Below are positions 62,499 through 64,000 of a stretch of 64,000 nucleotides of DNA, piece by piece. The DNA comes from an uncultured Pseudomonadota bacterium. Lineage in GTDB: Bacteria; Oederibacteriota; Muellerivitia; Muellerivitales; Muellerivitaceae. The notes beneath the pieces are model-generated. The model was not told the DNA's origin and did not search any database. It saw only the letters and a list, made by a program, of their open reading frames with translations. Each line of letters starts with the position of its first letter. The stretch's first letter is position 1. Both the position numbers and the translations under genes were made by a program. The stretch covers positions 64,001-128,000 of the forward strand of contig CAVYRH010000019.1 in the NCBI GenBank assembly GCA_963770835.1, given 5' to 3'.

Positions 62499-63312
62499 AC
62501 CGGACCGCCTCTTCGTAAGTATCGAAACACAAGTCAATCTTATCTCCCTTGATGGCGCCACCCGTATCCGCAGCGATGGCATAGCCGTAACCTTCGACAA
62601 AAAGCGGGGTCTTCAACCGGATAAACCGGGGATCCACCGCCACCACGCCGTAGCCGGCCTTCAACCCCGAAGCGGTTGTCCCCGAGGCATAAGGCCAAGT
62701 ATCCTCCGGCCCGGGATAATAGGCAGTGGCCGCCATGGTGATGACTTTCCGAACTTGGGCCCGCTTCTTCAACGGGTAAAGCTTTTGCCGGAAAGCCGTT
62801 CCTTCCAGCACTTTAGCATCCTTTTCGGGCACCAAAACCGTGGACTTAAGGATTTTCTCGAAGGCGTCCTCACCGTTCAAGGTGTAAGATTCGGTCTGGA
62901 GTTCCTCCAAGCCGTCCTTTCCTCCTTGGACATCGATGATCTCTCCCACGTTCAGGGTATCGGTATAATCGGTGTGAATGGCGGCCGTGATCTTCCTTTT
63001 AACATCCTTGACCTGGCGCTCCACCACACCCAAGTCGATTTCCATTCCTTCCGTCACGGGTTCCGAAGGGCCCGGGACCACCACGTCCTGGGGTTTCAGC
63101 CGGATGCCCTGCTCCCGGAGCATCTCCCCCACTGTTTTTTCCGCCGTCAAAATTTCGGAAGCCTTGTCTTTTTGGCAAAGAAAAACATGGCGATAAACCG
63201 CATGAGCCTTTTGGTACCAATACCAACCGCCCGTCCCTAAAGCCAGGGTGAAACCCATCAAAACCGCTATTGAATAGACGCCCCAGCCGTTCTTTTGTTT
63301 CACCTTAACCAT
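62461..63312 (-). CDS. DUF348-G5-3D domain cell-wall protein (YabE-like)
   Basis: TV...L...GI.L...D.V.P, a G5-like segment, and ATAY...AVDP..I...YG.A.A.DTGGAIKG.KIDL. Confidence 0.9.
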   Translation of the reverse strand: MVKVKQKNGWGVYSIAVLMGFTLALGTGGWYWYQKAHAVYRHVFLCQKDKASEILTAEKTVGEMLREQGIRLKPQDVVVPGPSEPVTEGMEIDLGVVERQVKDVKRKITAAIHTDYTDTLNVGEIIDVQGGKDGLEELQTESYTLNGEDAFEKILKSTVLVPEKDAKVLEGTAFRQKLYPLKKRAQVRKVITMAATAYYPGPEDTWPYASGTTASGLKAGYGVVAVDPRFIRLKTPLFVEGYGYAIAADTGGAIKGDKIDLCFDTYEEAVRFGRKNVKVYLLR

Positions 63313-63434
63313 TGTCTGATTTTACGCTCCCGAAATGGAAAATGACCCCTGAAGCGCCGCTCCGGGAGGCCGGGGTGTCGAAAGGCCAGCCTTGGCCGTT
63401 CACCGTGAACCCCAAGGCCGTTTGACCATTGGAC

Positions 63435-63998
63435 TCAGGATTCAAGAAAGTTTTTCAACAGCAATTTCCCCGATTCCGTCAGGATGGATTCGGGATGGAA
63501 TTGAACGCCTTCCACCGGAAGGATTTTATGGCGTACACCCATAATCTCCCCATCCTCGCTTTGGGCCGTCACCTCCAGGCATTCCGGCAGGGTCTCCTTC
63601 TTAATCACTAAGGAATGATACCGGGTGGCGCGGAAGGGATTGGGCAGGCCCTTGAAAACGCCCTTGCCGTCATGGGTGATCTCGCTGGTTTTCCCGTGCA
63701 TGAGCTTCTTAGCCCTGACGATGTCCCCGCCAAAGGCGTAACCGATGCTCTGGTGACCTAGGCAGACCCCCAGGATAGGTATTTTCCCCGCCAGTTCCTT
63801 GATGGTCTCCACCGAAATACCAGCCTCTTTAGGCGAACAGGGCCCCGGTGAGATGAGGATATGCGTGGGTTTACGCTTCAAAATTTCATCGACCGTAATC
63901 TCGTCGTTCCGCACCACTTGGATTTTCGCGCCCAGCTCCCCGAGGTATTGGACCAAGTTGTAGGTAAAGGAGTCGTAATTGTCGATGACAAGTATCAT
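63435..63998 (-). CDS. Anthranilate/aminodeoxychorismate synthase component II (TrpG/PabA)
   Basis: [27 protein letters not shown] and QFHPES motifs. Confidence 0.95.
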   Translation of the reverse strand: MILVIDNYDSFTYNLVQYLGELGAKIQVVRNDEITVDEILKRKPTHILISPGPCSPKEAGISVETIKELAGKIPILGVCLGHQSIGYAFGGDIVRAKKLMHGKTSEITHDGKGVFKGLPNPFRATRYHSLVIKKETLPECLEVTAQSEDGEIMGVRHKILPVEGVQFHPESILTESGKLLLKNFLES

Positions 63999-64000
63999 GA

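Overview
Bacterial genomic window with moderately high GC. The organism is a diderm that makes LPS: lpxB, waaA, lpxK and four GT9 heptosyltransferase-family genes lie at 50-61 kb. Housekeeping genes include glnA with a NifA-like sigma54 activator and a -24/-12 promoter, a TolC/MacA/MacB exporter, clpS, mutY, acs, glycerate kinase, bioB, ilvE and trpG/pabA. The most distinctive content is a family of at least seven exported proteins built as signal peptide + variable head + Thr-X low-complexity stalk. Three of them end in a conserved FlgD-Ig / T9SS-CTD-like tail. The largest is a 2996-aa protein whose ~2200-aa (TNTA)n stalk is organised as a 348-bp (116-aa) super-repeat. The accessory region at 19-36 kb carries a lipoprotein serpin, a cupredoxin-like lipoprotein, a RelE/ParE toxin-antitoxin pair, an intact IS1595-family element (24-bp TIRs, 8-bp TSD), a LinA/ANT(2'')-like nucleotidyltransferase, an XRE-HTH/PilZ fusion and several families of palindromic intergenic repeats, one nested inside another. 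I found no rRNA, tRNA or CRISPR array. All family assignments come from motif recognition by eye; no database searches were run.
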